Origin: Octopus vulgaris
Taxonomy: Eukaryota
Direction: 5' to 3'
NCBI GenBank assembly: GCA_951406725.2
Contig: OX597824.1
Location: 14,198,001 to 14,262,000 of the forward strand
Length of the DNA: 64,000 nucleotides
A program made the translations under genes and the position numbers. Below are positions 24,815 to 36,176 of the stretch, one piece after another; within the stretch, counting starts at the first letter, position 1; each line of letters starts with the position of its first letter. The notes under the pieces were generated by a model. The model was not told the origin of the DNA. It searched no databases and worked only from the letters and a program-made list of their open reading frames with translations.

Positions 24815-25170
24815 AGCACTCACAGAGAGCAAACCTCTGCCAAGGCAACACTGACGTCCTCTCAACGATTAGCCAGAGAGGATTTTTAAAATGAGAATAT
24901 CTGAAATAAACTCGACTGCTCTCTCAAACAAGAATAGTAAAAATGAACGTGACATTTCTCAAAAATTAAGTAAAAACACAGGAAAAATAATCCAGAATCC
25001 TTGTCCAGTACCAGGTCGATCCCAAAATCTAATCAGTTCGTGGCAGTCACGAGGCCAAACATCCTCGAAAGTTTCATCTGAATCCATCCAGCGGTTCTTG
25101 AGATATCTTGTCCACAGACAAACAAACACAACTGAAAACAATACCCCCGCCTTCACTAAGGCAGAGGAAA
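24811..25170 (+). mobile_element. Non-autonomous Helitron-like element after (AAT)n
   Basis: AAGTTTCATCTGAATCC..GAGATATC..ACAGACAAACAAAC and a 3' hairpin CCGCCTT/AAGGCAG; related fragment at 10215-10350. Confidence 0.45.
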
Positions 25171-25673
25171 CAATTCTAATTTTGGCACAAGGCCAGCAAT
25201 TTTTAGTGGAGTGGGAAGACAATTATATCGACCATAGTGCTCAACAGGTGTTTGTTTTATCAACCCCAAAATTATTGAATGGCAAAGTTAGCATTTGAGC
25301 TCAGAATGTAAAGAGCTGGAAGAAACGTCACTTAGTATTTAAGTCCAATCTGGTAACGATTCTGCCAGCTCACTGCCCTAAAGCAGCAACAAAAACACAT
25401 ATCAACTGCAGAGAACAACCATAAAAGCATAGCCAATATTTTCATAAACTGGATGCCCTGCATTTGTTTTTAAGTCTGTTTTATTTTTACCTCTATGTTA
25501 AATGAGCATATTATTGAGGCATTTTTTTTACAGCTGGATGCTCTTCCTATTGCTAACCTTCTCCTGTTTTTCAAGTAAAGGAACTTATTGCCACACATCT
25601 TGAAAAGCACAAAGCAACTGGTTTGTTCAATGGTACCGCTGATTGTAGCTCATGATTCTCAGAGAGGGTCCAC

Positions 25674-27092
25674 TGTCATGTACAGGCTTTGGCTTCTATG
25701 GGCAGAGAACTGAGTAAATTTTCTCATACAAGTTACTTGCCCATTACCGAAGACCTCGTTGAGCATTTCAAGACATACAAAGGAGTAAAAATTATGCACA
25801 TGAAAAGTGACCCAAACCTTCTGACATTTACGGAAAAGGGAATGCAGCTACTTTATAAAGATTTAAATGTAACATTTAAGCAGCTTCAAGAAATCATGGA
25901 CGTTATTTGTGATAACTTATTATTCGATGAAGATTGGTTTCAGTCATTGAAAGCTGTCAATGCCACAATCGCAGTGATAGATTATGTGTTTATGAGTAAC
26001 TGTCTGGCTATCATACCATACAGATTATCTATTCCATATGTATTTCAAGGACTTAATTTTCAACATTATGCTATCAGTCGAACACCCTGGCTGCCGTCAA
26101 CATTTCCTCACCAGGGACTTATTAACTCAGATCAAATGAATTTCTACGACAGACTTGAAAACAGTTTCGTAACGATGTCTGCATATTTCGGACAACTAAA
26201 TGGAGCTCCACAGAAAAGTGTTAAAACGTTTGCTCCACAAAAGCCTGATATAACTTTTACGAGTTTGATGCAGCAAGCTGATTTATATCTGATTGAGACA
26301 GACACAGTACTGGACTATCCAATTCCGACACTTCCTAATGTCGTATCCATCGGTGGAATTTCAACCCGACCAGCTACTGCATTGAAAGGGGTCTTACGTA
26401 AATTTGTCGATGAATCTAATCATGGGATTATCGTTGTTTCGTTTGGAAGTTTTTTGGAGGAGTTACCAAAGGAAGTCATTGCAAAGATGGAACTGGCATT
26501 TCAAGAAATAAAATATAGCGTCGTTTGGAAACGGCCAGATGCAAAACAATTGGCACCAAACATCTTTGTCACAAAATGGTTGCCACAAAATGATCTTTTG
26601 GGTCATTCAAAAACAAAACTCTTCATTACACATTGTGGAAACAACGGTCAGTTTGAAGCTCTTTATCATGGAGTTCCAATGCTCGGATTCCCAGTATTTG
26701 CCGAACAATATCATAATGGACATCGAATACACATCAAGGGATATGGTATATCAATGGATTTGTTTAATTACAGTAAAGACGAACTTGTATCAAATATAAA
26801 TGAACTGATTGAGAATCCAAAATATAAAGCTAAAATAAAAATTGCAAGTGAAATATATTGGTCACAACCAGAACACCCAGCAGCTAAAGGTGCGAGATAT
26901 ATAGACCACGTAATAAAATACGGTGGAGATCATTTAAGATCTTCTTGTCAAACTATGCCACTTTATCAATATTTCATGCTGGATATATATTTAGTAATAT
27001 TTATAATTTTCATTATTTTAACATTAATAATGAGTATTGTCATTCGAAAATGTTATTTACATTTTACAAAGAAAAATATTAAGCTTGATTAA
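25674..27092 (+). CDS. UDP-glycosyltransferase (GT1, UGT2-like) paralog 1; signal peptide and first ~40 aa not contiguous
   Basis: CHVQ (catalytic His position), SFGS, signature WLPQNDLLGHSKTKLFITHCGNNGQFEALYHGVPMLGFPVFAEQ, C-terminal TM and Lys-rich tail. In-frame stop at 25653; true start unresolved. Confidence 0.88.
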   Translation, partial: CHVQALASMGRELSKFSHTSYLPITEDLVEHFKTYKGVKIMHMKSDPNLLTFTEKGMQLLYKDLNVTFKQLQEIMDVICDNLLFDEDWFQSLKAVNATIAVIDYVFMSNCLAIIPYRLSIPYVFQGLNFQHYAISRTPWLPSTFPHQGLINSDQMNFYDRLENSFVTMSAYFGQLNGAPQKSVKTFAPQKPDITFTSLMQQADLYLIETDTVLDYPIPTLPNVVSIGGISTRPATALKGVLRKFVDESNHGIIVVSFGSFLEELPKEVIAKMELAFQEIKYSVVWKRPDAKQLAPNIFVTKWLPQNDLLGHSKTKLFITHCGNNGQFEALYHGVPMLGFPVFAEQYHNGHRIHIKGYGISMDLFNYSKDELVSNINELIENPKYKAKIKIASEIYWSQPEHPAAKGARYIDHVIKYGGDHLRSSCQTMPLYQYFMLDIYLVIFIIFIILTLIMSIVIRKCYLHFTKKNIKLD

Positions 27093-27386
27093 TTTCATTA
27101 ATATTGTATCTGGTTAATCATACAAAATATCCACCTGATAATATTTCATTAAAAAAAATGTTTAAGCCATTAATCTTTACAATTCTATACAAAATTTCAA
27201 ACCATTACTTTTCAATAAAGAGATTTTTTTCCTTGGTAAAAAAATTTTGCAAATTTATTAGAAAGAATAAAATTGTCTTTCTTTTGTGTCTTTTCCAAAG
27301 TTTTCACAGCATAATACATTGGGACCAAACCCAGAATCTTATGGCTGGAAAACAAGCTTTTTACCACACAGCCATATGTGCATCTA

Positions 27387-27605
27387 TACTCTTTACTCTT
27401 TTACTCTTTTACTTGTTTCAGTCATTTGACTGCGGCCATGCTGGAGCACCGCCTTTAATCGAGCAACTCGACCCTGGGACTTATTCTTTTGTAAGCCCTG
27501 TACTTATTCTATCGGTCCCTTTTGCCGAACCGCTAAGTAAGGGGGACGTAAACACACCAGCATCGGTTGTCAAGCAATGCTAGGGGGACAAACACAGACA
27601 CACAA

Positions 27606-27639
<34 letters not shown>

Positions 27640-27810
27640 ATATATACGACAGGCTTCTTTCAGTTTCCGTCTACCAAATCCACTCACAATGCATTGGTCG
27701 GCCCGGGGCTATAGCAGAAGACACTTGCCCTAGGTGCCACGCAGTGGGACTGAACCCGGAACCATGTGGTTGGTTAGCAAGCTACTTACCACACAGCCAC
27801 TCCTGCGCCT
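27387..27810 (-). mobile_element. SINE family A copy
   Basis: Reverse complement of the consensus. Confidence 0.85.
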
Positions 27811-28144
27811 ATGAATATTTAATTTTCAAAAAGCAAATATGTATTACCTTATAATATTATTAAATAAAACACATTTCTCATTTCGTTAAATTCACCCCAT
27901 TACTACTACCTCATTTACTCCCTCTCTTCCTTCCTGTTTTCTATGATTCTTTCTCTCTCACCATGTTTAGCTTTCCTTTATTCATTGCCTGCCACCAAGC
28001 CCAGTACATGCACTCGTCCTGCACCTCTTCTACTATCTCTCTCTGTATCTCTATTATACTCTCTCTCCCTCTCTCTCTTCACTCTATACAATGTAAAGCA
28101 TGACTGGAGAAATCAAGCAACCAGCATTTATATCAGCTAGACAC

Positions 28145-28449
28145 CAGTGCTGGTGACACAAAAAACCACCATTCAAGCGTAGCAGTTACTAACATCGCCT
28201 GACTGACGTCCGTGTCGGTGACACGTAAAAAGCACCAACCGATCGTGACCGTTTGCCAGCCCTCTCTGGCCCCTGTGCCGGAGGCACGTAAAAAGCACCC
28301 ACTACACTCATGGAGTGGTTGGCGTTAGGAAGGGCATCCAGCTGTAGAAACACTGCCAAATCAGACTGGAGCCTGGTGCAGCCTCCATGGCTTACCAGAC
28401 CCTGGTTGAACCGTCCAACCCATGCTAGCATGGAAAACGGACGTTAAAT
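28145..28449 (+). mobile_element. RTE-LINE 3'-UTR-derived repeat
   Basis: GTTGGCGTTAGGAAGGGCATCCAGC..CATGCTAGCATGGAAAACGGACGTTAAA; related copies at 32480-32962 and 52503-52984. Confidence 0.6.
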
Positions 28450-28669
28450 TAACAGAACCATTAGCATGTCAGGCAAAATTTCTTAACAGTATTTCGTCCA
28501 TCTTTATGGTCTGAGTTCAAATTCTGCCAAGGTCAACCTTATCTTTCATCATTTCAGTGTCATTAAAATACGTACTAGTTGAGCACTGAGGCCCATGTAA
28601 TTGACTTACCTAACCCCCTAAATATTGCTGGCCTTGTGCTAAAATTTGAACCCAATACTATATAGAGAG

Positions 28670-28916
28670 GTGGAGGCGCATGGCTTAGTGGTTAGGGTGT
28701 CAGCATCATGATCGTAAGATTGTGGTTTCGATTCCTGGATCGGGTGACGCGTGTTCTTGAGCAAAACACTTCATTTCACGTTGCTCCAGTCCACTCAGCT
28801 GGCAAAAATGAGTAACGCTGTGATGGACTGGCGTCCCATCCAGCTGGGGATCACATACGCCATAGAAACCGGGAAACCGGGCTCACGAGCCTGGCTAGGC
28901 TTTAAAAGGGCGCATT
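28670..28916 (+). mobile_element. tRNA-headed SINE with conserved-core-like body
   Basis: Head related to family B (TGGCTTAGTGG, GTTTCGATTCC); body GATGGACTGGCGTCCCATCCAG..GCCATAGAAACCGGGA resembles V-SINE-type cores. Confidence 0.6.
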
Positions 28917-29389
28917 TATTTTAATTATTATATAGAGATGAAAGGCAGTGAGCTAGCAGAATTGTTAAGCCTGTTGTGCAAAAATGCTAAGCAGCATTTC
29001 ACCTATCTTTACATTCTGAGTTCAAATACTGCCAAGGTTGATTTTGTCCTTCATTCTTTTGGGGGCACGGGGCCTTAAAATAAGTACCAGTTAAGCATTG
29101 GGGTCAAAGTAATTGTTCTCTCCCACAAAATTGCTGGCCTGGCCTTGTACTAAAATTTGTAAGCATTATTATATAGTGATGAGGTGCAAATAAGATGTGA
29201 TTCCTTTAATGGTGTTAGCACAGGCATAGCTGTGTGGTAAGAAACTTGCTTCCCAACCACATGGTCCTGGGTTCAGTTCCACTGCGTGGAATCTAGGATG
29301 TATTCTACTATAGCCTCAGGCTGACCAAAGCTTTGTATGTGGATTTCATAGATGGAAACTGAAAGAAGCCTATTGTGTGTATATATAGG

Positions 29390-30878
29390 CTCTCCGCCAA
29401 CTCAATGACACCTCCTTCTACTCTCCTCTGTCCTCTAACCCCACACGTAGCTACCAACAGACGGTATCCTCTACTGTCCACGACCTCATCTCGTCCTCCT
29501 GTCTCCCCCACACCGCATCCAACCTAATTGTGCGAACCCCACGTACCCCCACCATTTACTTCCTCCCCAAAATCCACAAACCCAACAACCCTGGCCGCCC
29601 CATCGTTTCCGCCTGTAACTGCCCCACGGAGCTCATCTTTAAATACCTCGACCGTGTCCTTGCCCCCCTAGTGGCATCTCTTCCCTCCCACATCCACGAT
29701 ACCAACCATGCTCTCCGGCTTTTCAACTCTTTCTCCTTTCCTCCAAAAATCCTTTTTACTATGGGCATTCAGAGCCTCTATACCGTTATCCCTCACCACG
29801 AAGGACTGCAGGCACTTCAACACTTTCTTGACCTCCGCTCCAACCCTGAACCTAACACCTCCACACTCATTCGTCTGGCCGAACTTGTCCTTACTCTTAA
29901 CTGCTTCTCGTTCACGGGCGAGTTCTACCATCAAGGTCTCGGGAGTGGCCATGGGAACGCGAATGGGCCCCAACTATGCGAACCTGTTCGTTGGCTATGT
30001 TGAGGCCCAAATATTCTCTAATTTCACTGGTCCCACTCCTGAACTATATGGTCGTTACATTGACGACATTTTCGGTGCCACCTCACTCTCCCGTGAACAT
30101 CTAGATTCCCTCCTCTCTTTCGTTCAATCTTTCCATCCAGCCCTCCACTTCACTTCCACTATCTCCTACACCTCTGTCTCCTTCCTCGACATTTCGGTTA
30201 GCATTCTTCACTCCACTCTTACCACCTCCATTCACTACAAACACACAGACTCACACTCATACCTCAACTTCTCTTCCTCCCACCCAGAACACACCAAGCT
30301 TTCCATCCCCTATTCCCAATTCCTCCGTCTACGTAGGCTCTGTAGTGACGACCATGACTTTGAGACTCAGTCTCAACGTATGGCTCACCACTTCATCCTA
30401 CCTGGATACCCACACCGCCCTTGCCAGAGCACGTTCCGTGGACCGTGTATCTGCTCTCTCTCCCCGAACCCGCCCTGTAGTCTCCCGCCTCCCTTTTCCC
30501 CTCACTTACCACCCCACGACCCTACCTCTCCAACGCTACATTCTTCGAGCTTTCCGTCATCTCCAGTCCGACCCGTCCACTTCACACCTCTTCCCTAACC
30601 GACCCCTCCCCTCTTTCAAACGAGCCCATAACCTTCGAGACCTTTTGGTCCATAGCTCCTTCCCTGACCCTACCTCCCAACCTGGCTCGTTCCCCTGCTC
30701 CCGCCCACGTTGCCGCACTTGCCCTTACCTCTCCAACACCACTCTCCTCACTGGCACCCATCATCGACCGTATCGCATCATCAACTCCTTCACCTGCACC
30801 TCCAGCAATATTATCTAATTGCGTCTCTTGCTCTCTCTGCCATTCCCTGTACATCGGACAAACGGGACGCCGCTTGGC
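29390..30878 (+). mobile_element. Penelope-like element (Neptune-type) RT plus start of GIY-YIG, frameshifted
   Basis: [78 protein letters not shown] and [10 protein letters not shown]. Confidence 0.92.
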
Positions 30879-30906
30879 TTTTGTTTATTTTCATAAAGCT
30901 TCCCGT

Positions 30907-31017
<111 letters not shown>

Positions 31018-31199
31018 GTGTATATCGATAGACAGATAGATAGATATACATCATATCATCATCATCGTTTAACGTCCGCTTTCCATGCTAGCATGGGTTG
31101 GACTGCTAGCATGGAAAGCAAAACCAAGGCAGGCTCAGTGGCTCAGGTCATTAAGAATATTTAATTAAAGTAAGGTGAATCAAAAATGGAGAAGTAGAA

Positions 31200-32430
31200 A
31201 TAATTAATGTCTTACAGCTGTTTCTGTAGTAACCCAATAATGGGTCAACAACTCCATACACTTGGTATTTGATCCTCAGAGAGGTGTGTATGCAGGAAAG
31301 ATCCAAACAGAGATTTCACAGTATATAGAAGAATAATGTTTACAGTTCATCTTGTCCCAGTGGGTATCGAGGTTAGTCCATACTGCCATAAAGGTATAGC
31401 CCCTTACATATATTCCCAAATATTCCAGGCAGTATTTTGAACGATGCATTCAGATTGAAGGAATAGATCTAGTGGTCAGTGTGTAAGAAAAATGGTGTGC
31501 ATGGATATGTAATGTGAGAGAGAGACAGACATCACGATAGACAGATAGATCAGAGAGAAGGGACGGTGAGTGAAGAGAAGAGAGAGTAGTAGAAATGAAT
31601 GAAAGATGAAAATTAATGAGGATAAGTAATGGAAATAAAAAGAATGAGAGTGAAAATAAAAGAAAAATAAAGATAAAAGGATGGTATTATTCTTCATCAG
31701 GGTAGGTTCAGGGTGAGAGGTCAGGGGTTAAAGTTTTGGTAAAATAGAGGAGAAAGGCATTTATGGCTATTAAATTGTAATTAGAGAGATAGATGGATTC
31801 CTGGTTCAGCATGGTCGGAAAGGATATTTAACTTTGGTTCAGTGGTTAGTAAAGAGATCTAAAATGCTAGAAATAGATGCCTAACTTAAAGAGAGGGAAT
31901 ATATTAAAATTAAAACAATTAACAAGACTCATACGGCTAATGTACTTCGAAGATACATATGTTGAGGTAATAAATATTTATAGATGAAGGAAATATGTAT
32001 ATTGTTACGACTGTGAATGTAGAGAGTCAGGTGTCATGCATGTTGATTTTGCTTGCATTTGGACCTGAGGAAAAACTTAAGGTACAATAGAATTTATGTT
32101 TGCAAGAAGAGAATACTTTGTGTTGTCTATTGAGTAATTGTAATAAATCATGAATTAATATTTGGAGGGCTTCCTTAAAGCAGAGTCTACATGCAGAGCA
32201 CTAGCCTTGGTATGGGACACCAAAGTCTATTATGACCCAGGTTATTCTATATGGTATTTTCTTATCAGGTGGTGTATGTGGTTGCCTAAGGATGTGGATT
32301 TGCTCTGCTCCTCATATTTAGATGAATTCAGATATCCAGAATATCTCTACTTAAAATTAATTGTATACCTGATGTAATGGCTAGTAGAACTGTGCAGTGT
32401 GGTGTGCACAGTGCATTTATACATAACATT
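31200..32430 (-). mobile_element. Decayed Naiad-type PLE 3' end (GIY-YIG, long 3' UTR, hammerhead-like motif)
   Basis: Minus-strand translation from ~32430: NVMYKCTV..HYIRYT..FK*RY..STSLGNHIHHL..ITWVII..PY..CRLCFKEA; hammerhead-like motif at 31210-31282. Confidence 0.7.
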
Positions 32431-32972
32431 AAATCTTTAATTTACAGATTTAAAGATTTAATGTTGAGAAAACAAATCAAGCTAAGTAAGATCATAGCCA
32501 TGGCCGATGCCAGTGTTTTGTAAGTGGCCTGCTAAATGCAGCCTTCAGATATTGGGTGATATGCTGTCCTTGTCAAGACCTGTCGAGCCAAGTTAAATCA
32601 TAGTCATGACCGATGCCAGTACCGTCTGACACATAGAAAGTACCGTTCAAGAATTGGGCTGCATAGAAGCAGTGACAGGTAACTGAGACCTTTGGCAATA
32701 TGACATGCTTGTGTACGCCTGCCAAGCCAAATGAGACTGTATTCATGGCCAATATCGGTGTCAGGTCAATGGTACCTATGCCAGTGGCACATAAAAAAAC
32801 ACACACAACACTCTTGGAGTGGTTGGCATTAGGAAGAGCATTCAACAGTAGAAAACTTGCAAAATCAGATTGGAACCTAGTGCAGCTCCACGGTTTACCA
32901 GTTTTCAGTTATATCATTCAACTCATGCCAGCAAGGAAAATAGACATTAAATGATGATGATGATATATTTAT

Positions 32973-33015
<43 letters not shown>

Positions 33016-33018
33016 CAT

Positions 33019-33076
<58 letters not shown>

Positions 33077-33096
33077 GTTTGTCAATATATATATAT

Positions 33097-33702
33097 ACTA
33101 GCAGTATTGCCCGGCTCAACGGGGATTTCAGGGGAGAGTTTCAGGGAGTCACTGGCGATGTATCGTGATGATCAAAAATCCGGCCTGCTAAAATTTGGTT
33201 AAAGTGATTCAAACTGCAGACTCAACGCAAAATGGTCACATTTAATTCAAAGCGTTAAAAATGCTATGAAAACAATTGGTATGTGTTCACAAAGTCCAAA
33301 CGATTAATAGGAAAAAAACCTCCGGGCTACATCCTGAAAATTCCTTTTTTTGCCGAATTTCTACAATGTTTACGGCGATTCGTTTTTATATCTTGATTTT
33401 TTATTTTTCATGCAATTTACGCATGCTTGCACGCGTGGTGAACACAGTTCACGTCAAACAGGTGACTGAGTAAAGTTCACTATTCAAGGCCTAAACAAAC
33501 ACATTATCGATTTTTGCACTTGCAAGATGAATTTCGGAACAGAAATAGCACAGTTCAATTTTCATTCGCCTAAACTTTAAGTGACCCATTTTTGGTGGTT
33601 CTACGATTTGTTGGCTAGGAGGAGATGTGCCGGGAAGTTAAACACACAGACACACACACAGATACACACACAGACACACAAGTTGAGTTTTATATATATA
33701 GA
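33097..33702 (+). mobile_element. Non-autonomous Helitron-like element related to 17755-18140
   Basis: Same ACTAGCAGTATTGCCCGGC start and (ACACACAG)n..TTTTATATATATAGAT end, different interior. Confidence 0.5.
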
Positions 33703-33916
33703 TATACATATATAAACACATACAAAATGAGACCGCATGTGTACCGTTGGCGATTTTTTTTTCCTCTGTCTTCCATTCCTTGCATCTTTCCTTTTCCTAT
33801 GTTTCTGATGAAGAGCTCCACTCGAAACGTTATATCATCCTTCTTCCTTTTCTGAGCAAACAGTAACACTATACTTGTTCCACGTCCTCGCGTTGTGTTT
33901 TCATGTTTGGATTAAC

Positions 33917-33955
<39 letters not shown>

Positions 33956-34607
33956 GTGTGTGTGTGTGTGTGTGTGTTTATAAATATATATATATATATT
34001 CATTTATATCAAACAGTGAGAATGAGTGATCAACACTGCATTGGTGGATAAATCTCTTTATTTGTGGGTTAACAGGGCTGCCAAAGCTTTCACATAAAGA
34101 GATCTTCACAATTGTTCAAGCTTGCCACAAGAAAGTGTTGGTACTTGTCTCCATTTTGGATAGGAATATTCCTATTCAAAATGAAGACAAGTAATATTTT
34201 TCTGCGGTACACAGGGAGCATATCTTGGAACCATTTATGAAAAGGTTAACATCGTCTATTAATGTCCAGTTTATATTTATATCAGTAACATTCTCTCTTA
34301 AAATTCAATTTTGCGTAATAAAGACATTCTGTTTCATCTTTAAATGTTACAGAAGAAGTATATATCTTGTCTTGCTTGTACTTTAAATATAGATTTTGGT
34401 GGTTTGTACTTTTTTGCATTTTACTGTATAGAACTGCATTTTTTTGTTAGCCAATTTCCTTTTAATGGATATAACTTTGATCTCTTGAAGTTGGATCTGT
34501 TTTCAATTGTGACTTTCTCTTATATATAGTTATTTAAATCTTGGATGCTGAGCATTTTGCTTCTTGTACAGCTATGGACATAATTGTCATTCAGTAAATA
34601 ACATGAT

Positions 34608-34625
34608 ACTTGTTTCTTTGTTTAG
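34608..34625 (+). promoter_or_regulatory. 3' splice acceptor just upstream of the UGT paralog 2 start (equivalents end at 45021 and 57383)
   Basis: Pyrimidine tract CTTGTTTCTTTGTTTAG|G, 24 nt before the ATG; conserved in all three close paralogs. Confidence 0.7.
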
Positions 34626-34649
34626 GTCACAGAATATCCAGTGAGAAAG

Positions 34650-36176
34650 ATGAACACAATGAGAACATTCAAACTCAGCTTCTTCTATTTAAGTCTATTA
34701 TCAATAAACCAACAAAGCAAAGCTGATAATATACTTTTCCTTTCAATGCCCGCTTTCAGTCATGTTCAAAACCAAATTCATACAGCGATGAAATTGAATG
34801 CATATGGCCACACAAGTTACTTCTCATTGCCACCTAAACTGATAACTCATTTCAAGAATAAAGATGGAATTAAGTTCATTCCTATTAAAGAAGACCAAAA
34901 TGTAACTTCATTTCTTGAATTATCTATGAAATACTTTTCAGGAAAGAAAGAAGGCAGCTGGCTTCAAATAAAACAGCTGACAAAAAATATGTGTGACAAC
35001 TTCCTCTTAGACAATGATTGGTATCATTCTATAAAAGAACTAAATGCCTCTTTGGCAATTGTAGATTCTGCTTTCTTTACTGAGTGTTTAGCTATTGTCC
35101 CATATAGATTATCAATTCCATTTGTATTTCAGGGTTTGTTTTTTGGACCACCTTTTTTGAGGAGAGTTCCTTGGAATCCAGCTGTGTTTCCAGTACTTAA
35201 TTCTAAATATTCTGATAAAATGACATTTTTCCAAAAGCTTAAAAACACTATTGCAACATATGGCTTTTATATCACTTCCCCCTTGGCTCCCCCATCAAAG
35301 AGTGTCAAGGAATATGCCCCAGAAAAAAATGATATACCCTTTGAAAGCGTTTTGCGAAAAGCTCAGTTATTCTTAACTGAGAGTGATCTGTTACTGAGTT
35401 ATCCAAAACCCAGTCTCCCTTCTGAAGTATTTATTGGTGGAGTAGCAACTCATCCTGCATTGCCTCTACAAGGTGACATAAAGGAGTTTGTTGAAAGGTC
35501 TAAGCATGGAATCATCGTTGTTTCCTTTGGAAGTTACATAAGAGAGTTACCAAAAGAGCATATAGAGAAGATGGAGAAGGCTTTTAAAGAAATAAAGTAT
35601 GATGTCATTTGGAAACGACCAGACTCAAAGCAATTAGCATCAAACATCTTCATAAAACAATGGTTGCCACAAAATGATCTTTTGGGTCATCCAAAAACAA
35701 AACTCTTCATTACACATTGTGGAAATAATGGTCAGTTTGAAGCTCTTTATCATGGAGTTCCAATGCTCGGATTACCAGTATTTGGAGATCAGTTTCACAA
35801 TGGCCATCAAATGCACGTAAAGGAATATGGAATTTCTATGGATATATATAATTACAATAAAGATGAACTTGTATCAAACATTAACGAACTGATTGAGAAT
35901 TCAAAATATAAAACTAATATAAAACTTGCCAGTGAAATATTTCATTCCCGTCCAGAACACCCAGCAGAAAGGGCTGCTCGGTATGTAGACCATGTGATAA
36001 AGTATGGCGGAGATTATTTAAGATCACCCTCTCAAAATATGCCTCTTTACCAATTTCTCATGCTGGATATCTATGCTACATTTCTGGCTATAATCATAGC
36101 TGTTGTGTTGGTTGTTAAGTTTGTGGTTTTAAAATGTTATCGATGTTGTTTTGCGAAAAAGAAGAAAACGGAATAA
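34650..36176 (+). CDS. UDP-glycosyltransferase paralog 2 (508 aa from first ATG, single coding exon)
   Basis: Signal peptide, FSHVQ catalytic His, SFGS, signature WLPQNDLLGHPKTKLFITHCGNNG..FGDQ, TM helix, KKTE ER-retrieval motif. Confidence 0.96.
   Translation: MNTMRTFKLSFFYLSLLSINQQSKADNILFLSMPAFSHVQNQIHTAMKLNAYGHTSYFSLPPKLITHFKNKDGIKFIPIKEDQNVTSFLELSMKYFSGKKEGSWLQIKQLTKNMCDNFLLDNDWYHSIKELNASLAIVDSAFFTECLAIVPYRLSIPFVFQGLFFGPPFLRRVPWNPAVFPVLNSKYSDKMTFFQKLKNTIATYGFYITSPLAPPSKSVKEYAPEKNDIPFESVLRKAQLFLTESDLLLSYPKPSLPSEVFIGGVATHPALPLQGDIKEFVERSKHGIIVVSFGSYIRELPKEHIEKMEKAFKEIKYDVIWKRPDSKQLASNIFIKQWLPQNDLLGHPKTKLFITHCGNNGQFEALYHGVPMLGLPVFGDQFHNGHQMHVKEYGISMDIYNYNKDELVSNINELIENSKYKTNIKLASEIFHSRPEHPAERAARYVDHVIKYGGDYLRSPSQNMPLYQFLMLDIYATFLAIIIAVVLVVKFVVLKCYRCCFAKKKKTE

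Noticed and set aside
34641-34649. GTG start for the 511-aa UGT ORFs (also 45037, 57399) and TTG start at 25689
   Set aside because: Bacterial-style start calls by the ORF tool; in-frame ATGs follow at 34650, 45046 and 57408.
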